Notes: generated by a model not told the origin, from the letters alone. Positions 12,529 to 23,355 are shown, numbered from the stretch's first letter. The stretch: 64,000 nt of DNA from Burkholderiales bacterium (GCA_026416295.1 JAOAFL010000097.1:14671-78670); one strand, 5' to 3'. Made by a program: numbers and translations.

Positions 12529-13434
12529 ATGGGCGTCGTCGCGATCGTCGCCGCGCTGATCCTCGAGCAATGGCGCCCGGTGGGCGACCGCAAGGCGGTG
12601 TTCGCGCTCGTCGCCGCGTGGGCCGACTGGCTGGAACGCACGTTCAACGCCGGCGATGCGCGCCACGGCGCGATCGCCTGGGCGATCGCGGTCTCGGTGC
12701 CGGTGGCGGCGGCGCTCGCGCTCCATGCGGCGGCGCTGTGGGCGAGCCCGTTCGCCGCGCTGCTCGTCGACATCGGGGCGCTCTACCTCACGCTCGGGTT
12801 CCGGCAGTTCAGCCACTGGTTTACCGGCATCCAGACCGCGCTGAAGAGCGGCGAAGCCGAGCGCGCGCGCGAGCTGATCGGCGCCTGGCGCGGCGAGCCG
12901 GCCGAACATCGCAGCAGCGAGGAGGTCGCGCGGCTTGCGCTGGAGGAAGCGCTCGTCGCCTCGCACCGTCACGTGTTCGCGGTGCTGTTCTGGTTCGTGC
13001 TCCTTCCGGGCCCGAGCGGCGCGATCCTCTATCGCCTTGCGGCGTTTCTCGCGCGCCGCTGGGCGGGCCTCGGGGCGTTCGGCGAGTTCGCCCAGCGCGC
13101 GCTCTACGCGCTCGAGTGGCCGACCGCGCGGCTGACCGCGGCCGCCTTCGCGGTGGTCGGCGACTTCGAGGACGCGGTGTACTGCTGGCGCACGCAGGCC
13201 GCGGCTTGGTCCGACCGCAATCTCGGCATCGTGCTCGCCGCCGGCGCGGGCGCGATGGGCGTGCGGCTCGGCATGCCGCTCGCCGGCGTCGCGGGGCTGG
13301 AACCCCGGCCGGAACTGGGCGTCGGCGCGCCGGCCGACCCGGCGTTCCTCGACAGCGCGGTCGGCCTGCTCTGGCGCAGCGTGGTGCTCTGGGTGTTCGT
13401 GCTCGCGGTCCTGTCGCTCGTGCGCGCGCTGTAG
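12529..13434 (+). CDS. CobD/CbiB-family membrane protein
   Basis: Hydrophobic segments; FAVLFWFVLLPGPSGAILYRL, AVVGDFEDA, AMGVRLG; usual betaproteobacterial position beside rsgA. Confidence 0.8.
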   Translation: MGVVAIVAALILEQWRPVGDRKAVFALVAAWADWLERTFNAGDARHGAIAWAIAVSVPVAAALALHAAALWASPFAALLVDIGALYLTLGFRQFSHWFTGIQTALKSGEAERARELIGAWRGEPAEHRSSEEVARLALEEALVASHRHVFAVLFWFVLLPGPSGAILYRLAAFLARRWAGLGAFGEFAQRALYALEWPTARLTAAAFAVVGDFEDAVYCWRTQAAAWSDRNLGIVLAAGAGAMGVRLGMPLAGVAGLEPRPELGVGAPADPAFLDSAVGLLWRSVVLWVFVLAVLSLVRAL

Positions 13435-13477
13435 GGACTGCGCCGGGCGAGGAACCCGCGCGCGCGGCGCTGCCCGA

Positions 13478-14347
13478 TCACGGCGCGGCGACGATGCGGC
13501 GATAGAGCTCGAGCCGACGGAGCGGGACGAGGCCCGCCTGCGCCGCCGCCTGTACCGCGCAGTCCGGCTCGGCGAGATGGCGGCAGTCGCGGTAGCGGCA
13601 GCGCGCGGCGTGCGGCGCGAATTCCGGGAATCCCTCGGCGATCTCGTGCGCCGAAAGGCCGGCCAGTCCGAACTCCGACAGCCCCGGCGTATCGACGATT
13701 TCGCTACGCGCATCGAGCGCGTACAGCCGCGCCGCCGTCGTCGTGTGCCGTCCGGTGCCGAGAAATCGGGAGATTTCTCCGATTCGCACCTCCGCGTCCG
13801 GCACGAGCGCGCGCACGAGGGTCGATTTGCCCATGCCCGACTCGCCGACGAGCACGCTGCGGTGACCGGAAAGCCGCGCACGCAGCGGGCCGGCGTCGCG
13901 CCTGGCCGCGATCTCGAGGACCTCGATGCCGGCGGCGCGAAACGGCGCAAGGCGCGCGCGCGCCTGCGCGAGCGTCTCGACGAGGTCGACCTTGTTGAGC
14001 ACGACGAGCGCGCAGGCGCCGGCGCGGCGGGCGGCGACCAGCACGCGCGCAAGGAGTTCGTCCGAAAACGCCGGTTCGCAGGCCGCGAGCAGTACCACCT
14101 GCGAGAAATTTGCCGCGATCAGCTTGGTGCGCGCGCCGCTCGAGCGCGCGAGGACGTTGCGCCGCGGCGCGACCGAGGCGATCACGTCCGGCGCGCGCAG
14201 CTCGACGCGGTCGCCGGCCACGACCTGGATACGGCGGTTCGCCGTCCGCGCCGCGACCGGCGCGCCGCCGCCGTCGGGACGAACGAGCGCCGTGCGGCCG
14301 AAGCCGGCGACGACGGTCCCCCAGGCCGATCGCTCGCTAGAGCTCAA
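13478..14347 (-). CDS. rsgA: Ribosome small-subunit-dependent GTPase A
   Basis: Circularly permuted GTPase: NKVD, GESGMGKST, GRHTTT, DTPG; Zn site CRYRDCRHLAEPDC. Confidence 0.93.
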   Translation of the reverse strand: MSSSERSAWGTVVAGFGRTALVRPDGGGAPVAARTANRRIQVVAGDRVELRAPDVIASVAPRRNVLARSSGARTKLIAANFSQVVLLAACEPAFSDELLARVLVAARRAGACALVVLNKVDLVETLAQARARLAPFRAAGIEVLEIAARRDAGPLRARLSGHRSVLVGESGMGKSTLVRALVPDAEVRIGEISRFLGTGRHTTTAARLYALDARSEIVDTPGLSEFGLAGLSAHEIAEGFPEFAPHAARCRYRDCRHLAEPDCAVQAAAQAGLVPLRRLELYRRIVAAP

Positions 14348-14666
14348 ACAGCGCGTCGCATTTCGCGGCGCAGATGAAGTCGTTCTCCGACAGGCCGCCG
14401 ATCGCGTGGGTGACGTAGGTCACCCGGCACTGGTTGTAGCCGACCTCGAGGTCGGGGTGGTGATCCTCGCGGTGCGAGATCCAGGCGAGCGCGTTCACGA
14501 ACGCCATCGTCTCGTAGTGGTCGCGGAAGCGGTAGCGTTTGGCGAGGCGGCCGTCCTCGATCGCCCAGCCGTCGAGCCGGGCGAGCATCTGCTGCGCCTG
14601 CGCGCGATCGAGCGGGGGCACCCCGCCCTCGCAGGGCTTGCACCTTTTTCTTGCGAGCTCGTTCAT
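14337..14666 (-). CDS. phhB: Pterin-4-alpha-carbinolamine dehydratase
   Basis: SD CAGGAGG; CKPCEGG, EDHHPDL, THAIGGLSENDFICAAK. Confidence 0.9.
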   Translation of the reverse strand: MNELARKRCKPCEGGVPPLDRAQAQQMLARLDGWAIEDGRLAKRYRFRDHYETMAFVNALAWISHREDHHPDLEVGYNQCRVTYVTHAIGGLSENDFICAAKCDALFEL

Positions 14667-14682
14667 GCGGACCTCCTGCGGT

Positions 14683-15927
14683 TCAGGCCGTGCGCAGGCG
14701 CGCGATGCGCGCCGCCGCGGGCGGATGCGTATCGTAGAACGCCGAGTGCAGCGGATCGGGCGTGAGCGTCGCCGCGTTGTCCCGGTAGAGCTTGACGAGG
14801 GCCTGCGCGAGGTCGCGCGCGCTCGATTGCGCCGCCGCGTAGGCGTCGGCCTCGTACTCGTCGCGGCGCGACAGCAGCCCGAGCAGAGGTTGCAGGAAGA
14901 ACGCGAACACCGGCACGACGAGGAAAAACAGCACGAGCGCGGTGGCTGGCGTGCGCGTCTGGACGCCGAGCGCCGCGTAGAAGCCCTCGTGCGCGGCCGC
15001 CTGCGCGAGCAGCCACAGCAGCGCGAACGAGACGCCGGCGGCGAGCGCAAGGCGCTTCGGAACGTGCCGATGCCGGTAGTGGCCCAGCTCGTGCGCGAGC
15101 ACCGCCTCGACCTCGGCGGGCGCAAGGCGCGCAAGCAGCGTGTCGAAGAGCACCACCCGTTTGGCGGCGCCGACGCCGGTGAAGTACGCGTTGCCGTGCG
15201 CCGAGCGCCGCGAGCCGTCCATCACGTACACGCCGTCGGCGCGAAAGCCGCAGCGCGCAAGCAGCGCCGCGATCCGTCCGGCGAGCGCCGGATCGGCGAG
15301 CGGCGTGAAGCGGTTGAAAAGCGGCGCGATCAGCGTCGGCCACGCCACGAGCACGAGCACGTTGAACGCCGTCCACGCGAGCCACGCCCACAGCCACCAG
15401 CGCTCGCCGGCCGCCTGCATCAGCCAGAGAACGAGCGCGACGAGCGGCGCACCGAGCACGAGCGCGACCGCCGTCTGCTTGGCGAGGTCGACGACGAAGA
15501 GCCGCGGCGTCATGCGGTTGAACCCGAAGCGCGCCTCGATCGCGAACACCCGCCAGAGCGCGAAAGGCAGATCGAGCAAGGCAAGAAGCGCGGCCACCGA
15601 GCCGATCAGCGCAAGCCCGTGCGCGAGCCCCTCCGGCGCGAGCCACACCGCCCAGGCGCGCGCGAGCGCCTCGAGCAGCCCGCCGAACGTCAGCACGACG
15701 AGCGCGGCCGCATCGGCGAGCGCCTGCGCAGCGCCGAGCCGCGTGCGCGCGACCGCGTAGTCGGCGGCTTTCGCGTGCGCTTCGAGCGGAACGGCGTCGC
15801 GAAACGGCGGCGGCACCGCGCCGCGGTGCGCGCGCACGTGCCGCACCTGGCGGACCGCGAGCCACAGGCGAAGCGCGACGGCGGCCGCGAGCGCGCCGAC
15901 GAAGAGTCCGGCGAAGGCGTTCGTCAC
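14683..15927 (-). CDS. M48 (Ste24-like) membrane zinc metallopeptidase
   Basis: DGSRRSAHGNAYFTG, HELGH, EYEAD, THPP; GTG start at 15927. Confidence 0.92.
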   Translation of the reverse strand: MTNAFAGLFVGALAAAVALRLWLAVRQVRHVRAHRGAVPPPFRDAVPLEAHAKAADYAVARTRLGAAQALADAAALVVLTFGGLLEALARAWAVWLAPEGLAHGLALIGSVAALLALLDLPFALWRVFAIEARFGFNRMTPRLFVVDLAKQTAVALVLGAPLVALVLWLMQAAGERWWLWAWLAWTAFNVLVLVAWPTLIAPLFNRFTPLADPALAGRIAALLARCGFRADGVYVMDGSRRSAHGNAYFTGVGAAKRVVLFDTLLARLAPAEVEAVLAHELGHYRHRHVPKRLALAAGVSFALLWLLAQAAAHEGFYAALGVQTRTPATALVLFFLVVPVFAFFLQPLLGLLSRRDEYEADAYAAAQSSARDLAQALVKLYRDNAATLTPDPLHSAFYDTHPPAAARIARLRTA

Positions 15928-15945
15928 CGCGTGAGAGAATAGACC

Positions 15946-16506
15946 ATGGCCGACGCGACGGACAACACGGGCGCCGACCGGCTGGTCTGGATCGACATGG
16001 AGATGTCGGGTCTTGCGCCCGAGCGCGACCGGATCCTCGAGATCGCGCTGCTCGTCACCGACGCGCAGCTTCGGGTGCTCGCCGAAGGGCCGGTGCTCGT
16101 CGTACACCAGCCCGAGGAGGTCCTTGCGGCGATGGACGCGTGGAACCGCAGCATGCACGCGAAGACCGGTCTCGTCGAACGCGTGCGCGCCTCGCGCCTC
16201 GACGAGGCGGCGGCGGAACAGGCCGCGCTCGCGTTCCTCGCGCAGCACGTACCGGCCGGCGTCTCACCCATGTGCGGCAACTCGGTCTGCCAGGACCGGC
16301 GGTTTCTCGCGCGCTGGATGCCGCGCCTCGAAGCGCATTTCCACTACCGCAATCTCGACGTCTCGACGCTGAAGGAGCTGGTGCGCCGCTGGGCTCCGGA
16401 AGTGTTCCGCGCGTTCAAGAAGGAGGGGCGACACCAGGCGCTCGCCGACATCTACGAGTCGATCGAGGAACTGAAGTACTACCGCCGGACCGTGATGACG
16501 ATCTAG
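15946..16506 (+). CDS. orn: Oligoribonuclease
   Basis: [45 protein letters not shown]. Confidence 0.96.
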   Translation: MADATDNTGADRLVWIDMEMSGLAPERDRILEIALLVTDAQLRVLAEGPVLVVHQPEEVLAAMDAWNRSMHAKTGLVERVRASRLDEAAAEQAALAFLAQHVPAGVSPMCGNSVCQDRRFLARWMPRLEAHFHYRNLDVSTLKELVRRWAPEVFRAFKKEGRHQALADIYESIEELKYYRRTVMTI

Positions 16507-17012
16507 CGCCGGCGGTGCGCCGCTTTCCTGCGCGCCGGCGCGCGCCGGCGCTCCGGCGCCACCTCGACGACGCACTCGATCTCGACCGGAATCCCCATCG
16601 GCAGCGACGCCATGCCGACCGCCGAGCGCGCATGGCGCCCCGCCTCGCCGAACACCTCGACGAAGAGGTCGGAGCAGCCGTCGATCACCTTCGGATGGTC
16701 CTCGAACCCGGGCACCGCGTTCACCATGCCGAGCACCTTGACCACGCGGCGCACGCGGTCGAGGCTGCCGAGTTCGGCGCGCATCGCGGCAAGGAGCTCC
16801 AACCCTACCGAGCGCGCGTGGCGGTAGGCCTCTTCGACCGTGATCTCGGCGCCGACCTTGCCGCGCGGGCGCACGCCGCCCGCCTCGCGCGGTCCCTTGC
16901 CGGCGAGGAAAAGGAGGTTGCCGCTGCGCACCGCGTTGACGTAATTCGCGACCGGCGCCGATCCGGCACCGAGTTCGATACCGAGCGCGCGCAGCCGCGC
17001 CTCGGCGCTCAT
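16503..17012 (-). CDS. RidA/YjgF-family protein
   Basis: [33 protein letters not shown]; ATG overlaps the upstream stop. Confidence 0.88.
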   Translation of the reverse strand: MSAEARLRALGIELGAGSAPVANYVNAVRSGNLLFLAGKGPREAGGVRPRGKVGAEITVEEAYRHARSVGLELLAAMRAELGSLDRVRRVVKVLGMVNAVPGFEDHPKVIDGCSDLFVEVFGEAGRHARSAVGMASLPMGIPVEIECVVEVAPERRRAPARRKAAHRRR

Positions 17013-18409
17013 GCGAGCAGCTCGGCCGGCACCACCTTGCCGGGGTTCATCAGATTGTGCGGGTCGAGCGTGCGCTTGATCTCGGCCATGAGCGCGACCG
17101 CGTCTTCGCCGAGTTCCCGTCGCATCGAGTCGATCTTGCCCATGCCGACGCCGTGTTCGCCGGTGCAGGTGCCCTCCATCCGGAGCGCGCGCTCGACGAG
17201 CCGCCGGTTGAACTGCTTGGCGAGCTCCAGTTCCTCGGGCCTCGCCGGATCGACGAGGAACATCAGGTGGAAGTTGCCGTCGCCGATGTGACCGAGCAGC
17301 GGCACCGGCGCGATATAGTGCTTGACGTCCTCCATCGTCTCGCGCACGCACTCGGCGAGGCGCGAGATCGGCACGCACACGTCGGTCGAGATCGCGCGCG
17401 CGCCGGGCCGAAGCTGCAGGCAGGCGAAATAGGCGTGGTGGCGCGCCTCCCAGAGCTGCGAGCGCTCCTCCGGCCGCGTCGCCCACTGAAAGTCCATGCC
17501 GCCGTTCTCCTTCGCGATCGCCTGCACGGTTTCGGCCTGCTCGACGACGCTCGCCGACGAGCCGTGAAACTCGAAGAACACGGTCGGCGCGACGCGGTAG
17601 GCCGTCTTCTTGTAGCGGTTGATCGCGGCGATCGTGTTCTCGCAGACGATCTCCGAGCGCGCGATCGGCACCCCGGCCTGGATCGTCTGGATCACGGTAT
17701 TGGTGCAGCCGTCCACGGTCGCGAACGCGCACACCGCGGCCGACATCGCCTCCTGGACCGGATAGAGGCGCACGGTCACCTCGGTGATGATGCCGAGCGT
17801 GCCCTCGGAGCCGACGAACAGGCGCGTGAGATCGTAGCCGGCGGCCGATTTTTTTGCGCGGCGCGCGGTCTGGATGACGCGGCCGTCGGCGAGCACCACC
17901 TTCAGCGCGAGCACGTTTTCGCGCATCGTGCCGTAGCGCACGGCGTTCGTGCCCGAGGCGCGGGTCGCCGCCATGCCGCCGAGGGTCGCGTCCGCCCCGG
18001 GGTCGACCGGGAAGAACAGGCCGGTGTGCTTGATGTGCTCGTTCAGCTGCTTGCGGGTCACCCCCGCCTCGACCACCGCATCCAGGTCGGCCTCGTGCAC
18101 CGCGAGCACGCGGTTCATCTGCGAAAGGTCGATGCACACGCCGCCGCGCACCGCGAGCACGTGGCCTTCGAGCGAGGTGCCGACCCCGTAGGGGATCATC
18201 GGCACGCGGTGCCGTCGCAGGACGTTGACGATGTCGCGCACCTCGTCGGTGGAGCGCGGAAAGACCACCGCGTCCGGCGGCGCATACGGGAAATACGACT
18301 CGTCCTTGCCGTGGTGCTCGCGCACCGCGGAGGCGGTCGAGACGCGTTCGCCGAGCAGCGCGCGAAGCTCCGCGACGACCGACGGATCGAATTCCCTTGG
18401 CTTGTTCAT
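17009..18409 (-). CDS. FAD-linked oxidase (D-lactate dehydrogenase/GlcD family)
   Basis: GTSLEGH, FPVDPGADA, GSEGTLG, HIGDGNFH, GEHGVG, NPGK. Confidence 0.92.
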   Translation of the reverse strand: MNKPREFDPSVVAELRALLGERVSTASAVREHHGKDESYFPYAPPDAVVFPRSTDEVRDIVNVLRRHRVPMIPYGVGTSLEGHVLAVRGGVCIDLSQMNRVLAVHEADLDAVVEAGVTRKQLNEHIKHTGLFFPVDPGADATLGGMAATRASGTNAVRYGTMRENVLALKVVLADGRVIQTARRAKKSAAGYDLTRLFVGSEGTLGIITEVTVRLYPVQEAMSAAVCAFATVDGCTNTVIQTIQAGVPIARSEIVCENTIAAINRYKKTAYRVAPTVFFEFHGSSASVVEQAETVQAIAKENGGMDFQWATRPEERSQLWEARHHAYFACLQLRPGARAISTDVCVPISRLAECVRETMEDVKHYIAPVPLLGHIGDGNFHLMFLVDPARPEELELAKQFNRRLVERALRMEGTCTGEHGVGMGKIDSMRRELGEDAVALMAEIKRTLDPHNLMNPGKVVPAELLA

Positions 18410-18448
18410 CTCCGGCTCCCTCGCCGCGCGGCGACAGCCGCTCGCGCG

Positions 18449-18655
18449 CTATTTTAGGCGGATCTCGCCCTCGAACGGCACCCGTACCCCGAGTGCGGGA
18501 ATTTCGAGCGTGACGCGCGCCGCGAGCGCCTCGTCGCCGCCCAGCCGCTTCGCCTCGAGCGCCTCGCGTACCGCCTGCTCGATCTCGCGCTGCGAGTTGA
18601 CGCCGACCATCTTCAGGAATTTGCGGATGCTCAGATTGAAGGTCTCCGGGTCCAT
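18449..18655 (-). CDS. Small conserved protein (DUF6494-like)
   Basis: MDPETFNLSIRKFLKMVGVNSQREIE...EGEIRLK; SD GAGGGAG upstream. Confidence 0.7.
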   Translation of the reverse strand: MDPETFNLSIRKFLKMVGVNSQREIEQAVREALEAKRLGGDEALAARVTLEIPALGVRVPFEGEIRLK

Positions 18656-20070
18656 GTGCACTCTCCCTCGAGCAGCCGGGCGGCGAGCCGCTTGCCGAGC
18701 TCGACGCCCCATTGGTCGAAACTGTCGATATTCCAGATGACACCCTGCGTGAACACCTTGTGCTCCCAGGCCGCAAGCAGCGCCCCGAGCGTACGCGGCG
18801 TGACGCCGCGCATGCGCAGCAGACTCGAGGGGCGATTGCCGGGGCAGCGCCGGAACGGGGCGAGCGCCGCGTCCTCGGCGCCGGTGCCGAAGGCGAGCGC
18901 ATCGGCCTGCGCGCGCGCGTTCGCCGAAAGCAGCGGGTCCACCGCCGGATCGATGAAATCGACCGGCACCACCTGCGTGCCCTGGTGCAGTAGCTGGTGA
19001 AACGAATGCTGGCTCGGCGGGCCTTCCGCCCCCCAGAGCACCGGCGCGGTGTCGTAATCGACCGGAACGCCGCGATGGTCGACGCGCTTGCCGTTCGATT
19101 CCATTTCGAGCTGCTGCAGGTGTGCGGGAAGAAGCTTGAGCGCGTGCGCGTACGGCAGCACCGCGTGCGTGCGGCAGCCGAGGAAATTGACGTTCCAGAC
19201 CCCGATCAGCGCCATCAGCACCGGAAGGTTGCGCGCGGGCGGCGCCGAGGCGAAATGCCGGTCCATCGCGCGCGCGCCTTCGAGCAGTTCGTGGAAGCGC
19301 CGCGCACCGAGCGCGGCAAACGCCGTAAAGCCCGCCGCCGACCACAGCGAATAGCGCCCGCCGACCCACTCGGGCATCGCGAGCACCTCGGCGGCGCCGA
19401 ACGCGCGCGCCGCGGCGGTGTTGTTCGTCACCGCGTAGATATGCCGCGCGCCCCAGCGCTTTGCCGCCTCGGCGTTCGCGAGGGTCTCGACGGTCGTGAA
19501 AGTCTTCGAGACCACGACGAAGAGCGTCGTGCGCGGATCCGCGCCCTCGAGCGCGCGCGCGAGCGCCCGCGGGTCGGGACTCGCGACGAACCGCGTCTCG
19601 AACGCAGCGCCGTCGGCGAGCGCGCTCGCGACGAGCCGCGGTCCGAGGTCCGAGCCGCCGATGCCGAGGTTGACGATGCGGCGGATGCCCGCCTCGGCGA
19701 GGCCTGCCGCAAGCGCAGCCATGCGCTCGAGCGTCGCCTGCACTTCCTCGGGCGCCTCGGCCCCGGCGCGGAGCGCCGTGTGCCAGGCGGCGCGCTTCTC
19801 GGTGAAGTTGACGCAGCGACCTTCGAGCAGCGCCGCGCGCCACGCCTCGAGGCCCCGTTCGGCGGCGAGCGCAAAGAGCAGGTCGAGCACCTCCGCGTCG
19901 AGGCGCTGGCGCGAGTAGTCGAGCGAAAGGCCGCAGGCATCGGCGACGAGACGCTCGGCGCGCGAGGGCTCGGCCGCCAGCCGCTCGGCAAGATGTACCG
20001 TGCGCCAGCGCGCGGCCTGCGCCGCGAGCTGCGCCCACGCGCGGCATTCGGTGGGCGGGGTCGTGTTCAC
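18631..20070 (-). CDS. pgi: Glucose-6-phosphate isomerase (compact, 479 aa)
   Basis: GIGGSDLGP, SKTFTT, GGRYSLWS, QQLEMESNGK, QHSFHQLLHQG, FDQWGVELGK; GTG 20070 overlaps the upstream stop. Confidence 0.95.
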   Translation of the reverse strand: MNTTPPTECRAWAQLAAQAARWRTVHLAERLAAEPSRAERLVADACGLSLDYSRQRLDAEVLDLLFALAAERGLEAWRAALLEGRCVNFTEKRAAWHTALRAGAEAPEEVQATLERMAALAAGLAEAGIRRIVNLGIGGSDLGPRLVASALADGAAFETRFVASPDPRALARALEGADPRTTLFVVVSKTFTTVETLANAEAAKRWGARHIYAVTNNTAAARAFGAAEVLAMPEWVGGRYSLWSAAGFTAFAALGARRFHELLEGARAMDRHFASAPPARNLPVLMALIGVWNVNFLGCRTHAVLPYAHALKLLPAHLQQLEMESNGKRVDHRGVPVDYDTAPVLWGAEGPPSQHSFHQLLHQGTQVVPVDFIDPAVDPLLSANARAQADALAFGTGAEDAALAPFRRCPGNRPSSLLRMRGVTPRTLGALLAAWEHKVFTQGVIWNIDSFDQWGVELGKRLAARLLEGECTWTRRPSI

Positions 20071-21692
20071 GGTTCGATCTCGCGCCGATACAGGCGATAG
20101 CGCTCCGATTTGTCGCCCGGTCGGCCGACGTCTGCGAGTTTCGTCCAGCCCGGTCCCGGCGCGCCCGCCTCGTGCTGCGGCCGGCCCTGCACCAGGAGGT
20201 AGCGGCACTCGGCCGGGGCCGCGACCGTGCGGATGCCGGCATGGTAGCTGAGCGCGGCGCGCTGCGGCAGACCGAGGTCGCGCCCGGCGATGCATCCGGG
20301 CGCGGCCGGCAGACTCGCGCGCAGCTGCAGCGCCACGGCGCGGTAGCTCTTCTGGTAGTCGGCCCACGGCATCCACAGCATCGCGAACGTCCCCCAGAGG
20401 AGCGCGACGCCGGCGGCCCAGCGAAGGAGCGCGCGCGCGGGCGAGGGCGCCGCAAAGAGCACGAGGTAGAGCCACCCGAGCGCGAGCGCGAGCGCAAACA
20501 GCACCGGCAGCCAGTCGAACTGCGCCGCGAATCCGGGCGCGGTCTTCGCGAAATTGCGCGCGATGCGCGGCGGCCAGCCGCTCGTCATCGCGACGTACCC
20601 CAGCCACACGAGCGCGGTGAAAAAGCCGAACGTCATGATTCCCAGCCAGTCGAGCGCGGCTGCGGCGCCGCGGCGAAGCTGCGGCACGCCCTGCGCCGCG
20701 AGCAGCGCGAGCGGCGCAAGCAGCGCGGCGGCGTGGATGTCGCGCATCGCGCCGTGCCAGGCGATCGCCGCGAGCGCCGCCACCGCCGCCGCGAGCGGCG
20801 CGAACACGCGCGCGGTGCGCCACTCGCGCCGCAGCGCCCAGGCGGCCCACAGCGCGAGCGGCCAGGCCGGCCACGCGAACCAGCTGGCGGTGACGAGGAA
20901 GTAGCGCAGCGCCGCGCCGAAGTCGCCGCGCGCGCGTACCGCCTCGCTCCACCAGGCGGCCGCGTGCTCGGGCGCGCGCGACCAGAGCGCGAGCGCCCAG
21001 AGGCCGGCCGCGAGCGCCGGAAGCGCGAGCGCCGGAAGCAGAAACGCGCCCGCACGGCGCGTGCGCAGCTCGTCGCAGACCGCGTGCGAGGCGAGCGCCG
21101 CGGCGGCGAGCGCGAGCGGCACCACGACCCCGGCCGACAGGAACGCGACCGCGAGCGCCGCGCCGAACGCGGCGCCGGCGGCGAGCGGCCGGTGCGGCGC
21201 GCGAAAGAGGAACAGGAACGCCGCGCACGAGGCCGCGAGCGCGGCGAGCTCAGGCACCGCCTCGTGCGCGTGCACGATCAGGCCGATCGAACCGGCAAGA
21301 GCGAGCATCGCGCAGGCGCCGGCGGCGCGGGCGTCGGCGCGCGTGCGCGCGCCGACGCCGTGCCGGGCCGCGAGATAGAGGAACCAGAACGCGAGGAGCA
21401 CGCACGCGCCGCTTGCGAGCCGCGCCGCGTCGTGAAACGCGAGCGGGCCGGCGAACGCCGCACCGAAGAGCGCGGCGAGCCAGTGATAGAGCGGCGGATC
21501 CTCGAGCCAGGGCTCGCCCGCGACCCGCGGCAGCAGCCAGTCGCCCGAGGCGAGCATCTCGCGCGCGATCTCGATCGCGACCACGTCGAACGCCTTCCAC
21601 GGGTCGTGATGCGCGAGTCCGGGAAAGACGAACAACGCCGCGAGCGCGACGAGCACCGCGCGCGGCGGCGGAAACGCAAGGCGCCGGATCAT
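20067..21692 (-). CDS. ArnT/PMT-like (GT-C fold) membrane glycosyltransferase
   Basis: HDPWK, GDWLLP, EDPPLYHW, multiple transmembrane segments. Confidence 0.82.
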   Translation of the reverse strand: MIRRLAFPPPRAVLVALAALFVFPGLAHHDPWKAFDVVAIEIAREMLASGDWLLPRVAGEPWLEDPPLYHWLAALFGAAFAGPLAFHDAARLASGACVLLAFWFLYLAARHGVGARTRADARAAGACAMLALAGSIGLIVHAHEAVPELAALAASCAAFLFLFRAPHRPLAAGAAFGAALAVAFLSAGVVVPLALAAAALASHAVCDELRTRRAGAFLLPALALPALAAGLWALALWSRAPEHAAAWWSEAVRARGDFGAALRYFLVTASWFAWPAWPLALWAAWALRREWRTARVFAPLAAAVAALAAIAWHGAMRDIHAAALLAPLALLAAQGVPQLRRGAAAALDWLGIMTFGFFTALVWLGYVAMTSGWPPRIARNFAKTAPGFAAQFDWLPVLFALALALGWLYLVLFAAPSPARALLRWAAGVALLWGTFAMLWMPWADYQKSYRAVALQLRASLPAAPGCIAGRDLGLPQRAALSYHAGIRTVAAPAECRYLLVQGRPQHEAGAPGPGWTKLADVGRPGDKSERYRLYRREIEP

Positions 21693-21715
21693 CGGCCGCT
21701 ATTGTCGGCCAGGCG

Positions 21716-21745
21716 AAAAGAAAAGGGGCAGCCGGCGCTGCCCCT
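21716..21745 (-). terminator. Rho-independent terminator after rpmE2
   Basis: Minus strand GGGGCAGC-GCCG-GCTGCCCC followed by TTTTCTTTT. Confidence 0.85.
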
Positions 21746-21768
21746 CGTTCGCGCGCGCCGCGGCCGTC

Positions 21769-22029
21769 TCAGGCGGCCGGCTTCTTCGCGTAGCGGCGCT
21801 TGAACTTTTCCACGCGCCCGGCGGTGTCGACGATCTTGTGCTTGCCGGTATAGAACGAGTGCGACTCCGAGGACACCTCGACCTTCACCACCGGATACTC
21901 GTTGCCGTCGGCCCACTTCATGGTCTCGCGCCCGCGGGTATCGATCGCCGAGCGCGTGAGGAACGCGTGGTTCGAGGCAGTGTCGAGAAAAATCACCGGG
22001 CGGTAGACGGGGTGGATGCCTTTTTTCAT
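21769..22029 (-). CDS. rpmE2: 50S ribosomal protein L31 type B (Zn-independent)
   Basis: [33 protein letters not shown]; no Cys ligands. Confidence 0.94.
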   Translation of the reverse strand: MKKGIHPVYRPVIFLDTASNHAFLTRSAIDTRGRETMKWADGNEYPVVKVEVSSESHSFYTGKHKIVDTAGRVEKFKRRYAKKPAA

Positions 22030-22095
22030 GGTCTCGGCCTGCAAAAACGGGCTGACACTATACGGGAGCGCGCCCCCGCGCGCAATCGGCGGCGG

Positions 22096-23355
22096 TTAGC
22101 CGCGACGCATCGATTCGAAGAACTCGGCGTTCGACTTGGTGGCGCGGATCTTGTCGATCAGGAATTCGGCCGCCTCCAGCTCGTCCATCGGATATAGGAG
22201 CTTTCGCAGGATCCAGATCTTCTGCAGCTGCTCGCGCGGCAGCAGCAGTTCCTCGCGCCGCGTGCCCGAGCGGTTGACGTTGATCGCCGGGAAAATGCGC
22301 TTTTCGTGCATGCGCCGGTCGAGGTGGATCTCGAGGTTGCCGGTGCCCTTGAACTCCTCGTAGATCACGTCGTCCATGCGGCTGCCGGTGTCGATGAGCG
22401 CGGTCGCGATGATCGTGAGCGAGCCCCCCTCCTCGATGTTCCGCGCCGCGCCGAAGAAGCGCTTCGGTTTCTGCAGCGCGTTCGCGTCCACACCGCCGGT
22501 GAGCACCTTGCCCGAGGCGGGCTGCACGGTGTTGTAGGCGCGCGCAAGGCGCGTGATCGAGTCGAGCAGGATCACCACGTCCTTCTTGTGCTCGACCAGG
22601 CGCTTCGCCTTTTCGATCACCATCTCGGCGACCTGCACGTGGCGCGAGGCGGGCTCGTCGAAGGTCGAGGCGACCACCTCGCCGCGCACCGACCGGCTCA
22701 TCTCGGTCACCTCCTCGGGCCGCTCGTCGATCAGCAGCACGATCAGCACGATGTCCGGGTAGTTGGCCGTGAGCGCGTGCGCGATATGCTGCAGCATCAC
22801 GGTCTTGCCCGCCTTCGGCGGCGAGACGATGAGGCCCCGCTGGCCCTTGCCGATCGGCGCGATGATGTCGATGATGCGGCCGGTGATGTTCTCCTCGGCT
22901 TTGATGTCGCGCTCGAGCTTGAGCTGCTCGTCCGGGTGCAGCGGCGTCAGGTTCTCGAACAGGATCTTGTGCTTGGTCGCCTCGGGCGGCTCGCCGTTGA
23001 TGCGGTCCACCTTGACGAGCGCGAAATAGCGCTCGCCGTCCTTGGGCGTGCGGATCTCGCCCTCGATCGTGTCGCCGGTGTGCAGGTTGAAGCGCCGGAT
23101 CTGGGAGGGCGACACGTAGATGTCGTCGGCCGAGGCGAGGTACGAGGTGTCGGGCGAGCGCAGGAACCCGAAGCCGTCGGGCAGCACCTCGAGCGTGCCG
23201 TCGCCGTAGATCGTTTCGCCCTTCTTCGCCTGGTTCTTGAGCATGGCGAAGATCAGGTCCTGCTTGCGCATGCGATTCGCGCCCTCGACGCCGCTTTGCG
23301 CCGCGCGCTCCATCAACTCCGATACGTGCAGGCTCTTCAGTTCCGACAGGTGCAT
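22096..23355 (-). CDS. rho: Transcription termination factor Rho
   Basis: [43 protein letters not shown]. Confidence 0.98.
   Translation of the reverse strand: MHLSELKSLHVSELMERAAQSGVEGANRMRKQDLIFAMLKNQAKKGETIYGDGTLEVLPDGFGFLRSPDTSYLASADDIYVSPSQIRRFNLHTGDTIEGEIRTPKDGERYFALVKVDRINGEPPEATKHKILFENLTPLHPDEQLKLERDIKAEENITGRIIDIIAPIGKGQRGLIVSPPKAGKTVMLQHIAHALTANYPDIVLIVLLIDERPEEVTEMSRSVRGEVVASTFDEPASRHVQVAEMVIEKAKRLVEHKKDVVILLDSITRLARAYNTVQPASGKVLTGGVDANALQKPKRFFGAARNIEEGGSLTIIATALIDTGSRMDDVIYEEFKGTGNLEIHLDRRMHEKRIFPAINVNRSGTRREELLLPREQLQKIWILRKLLYPMDELEAAEFLIDKIRATKSNAEFFESMRRG

Noticed and set aside
12529-13434. CobD/CbiB-like gene (and the phosphatase at 47970) as a cobamide supply system for RdhA
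   Set aside because: The CobD/CbiB-like gene sits in its usual housekeeping context near rsgA and orn, 30 kb away; no other cob or btu genes are in the window.
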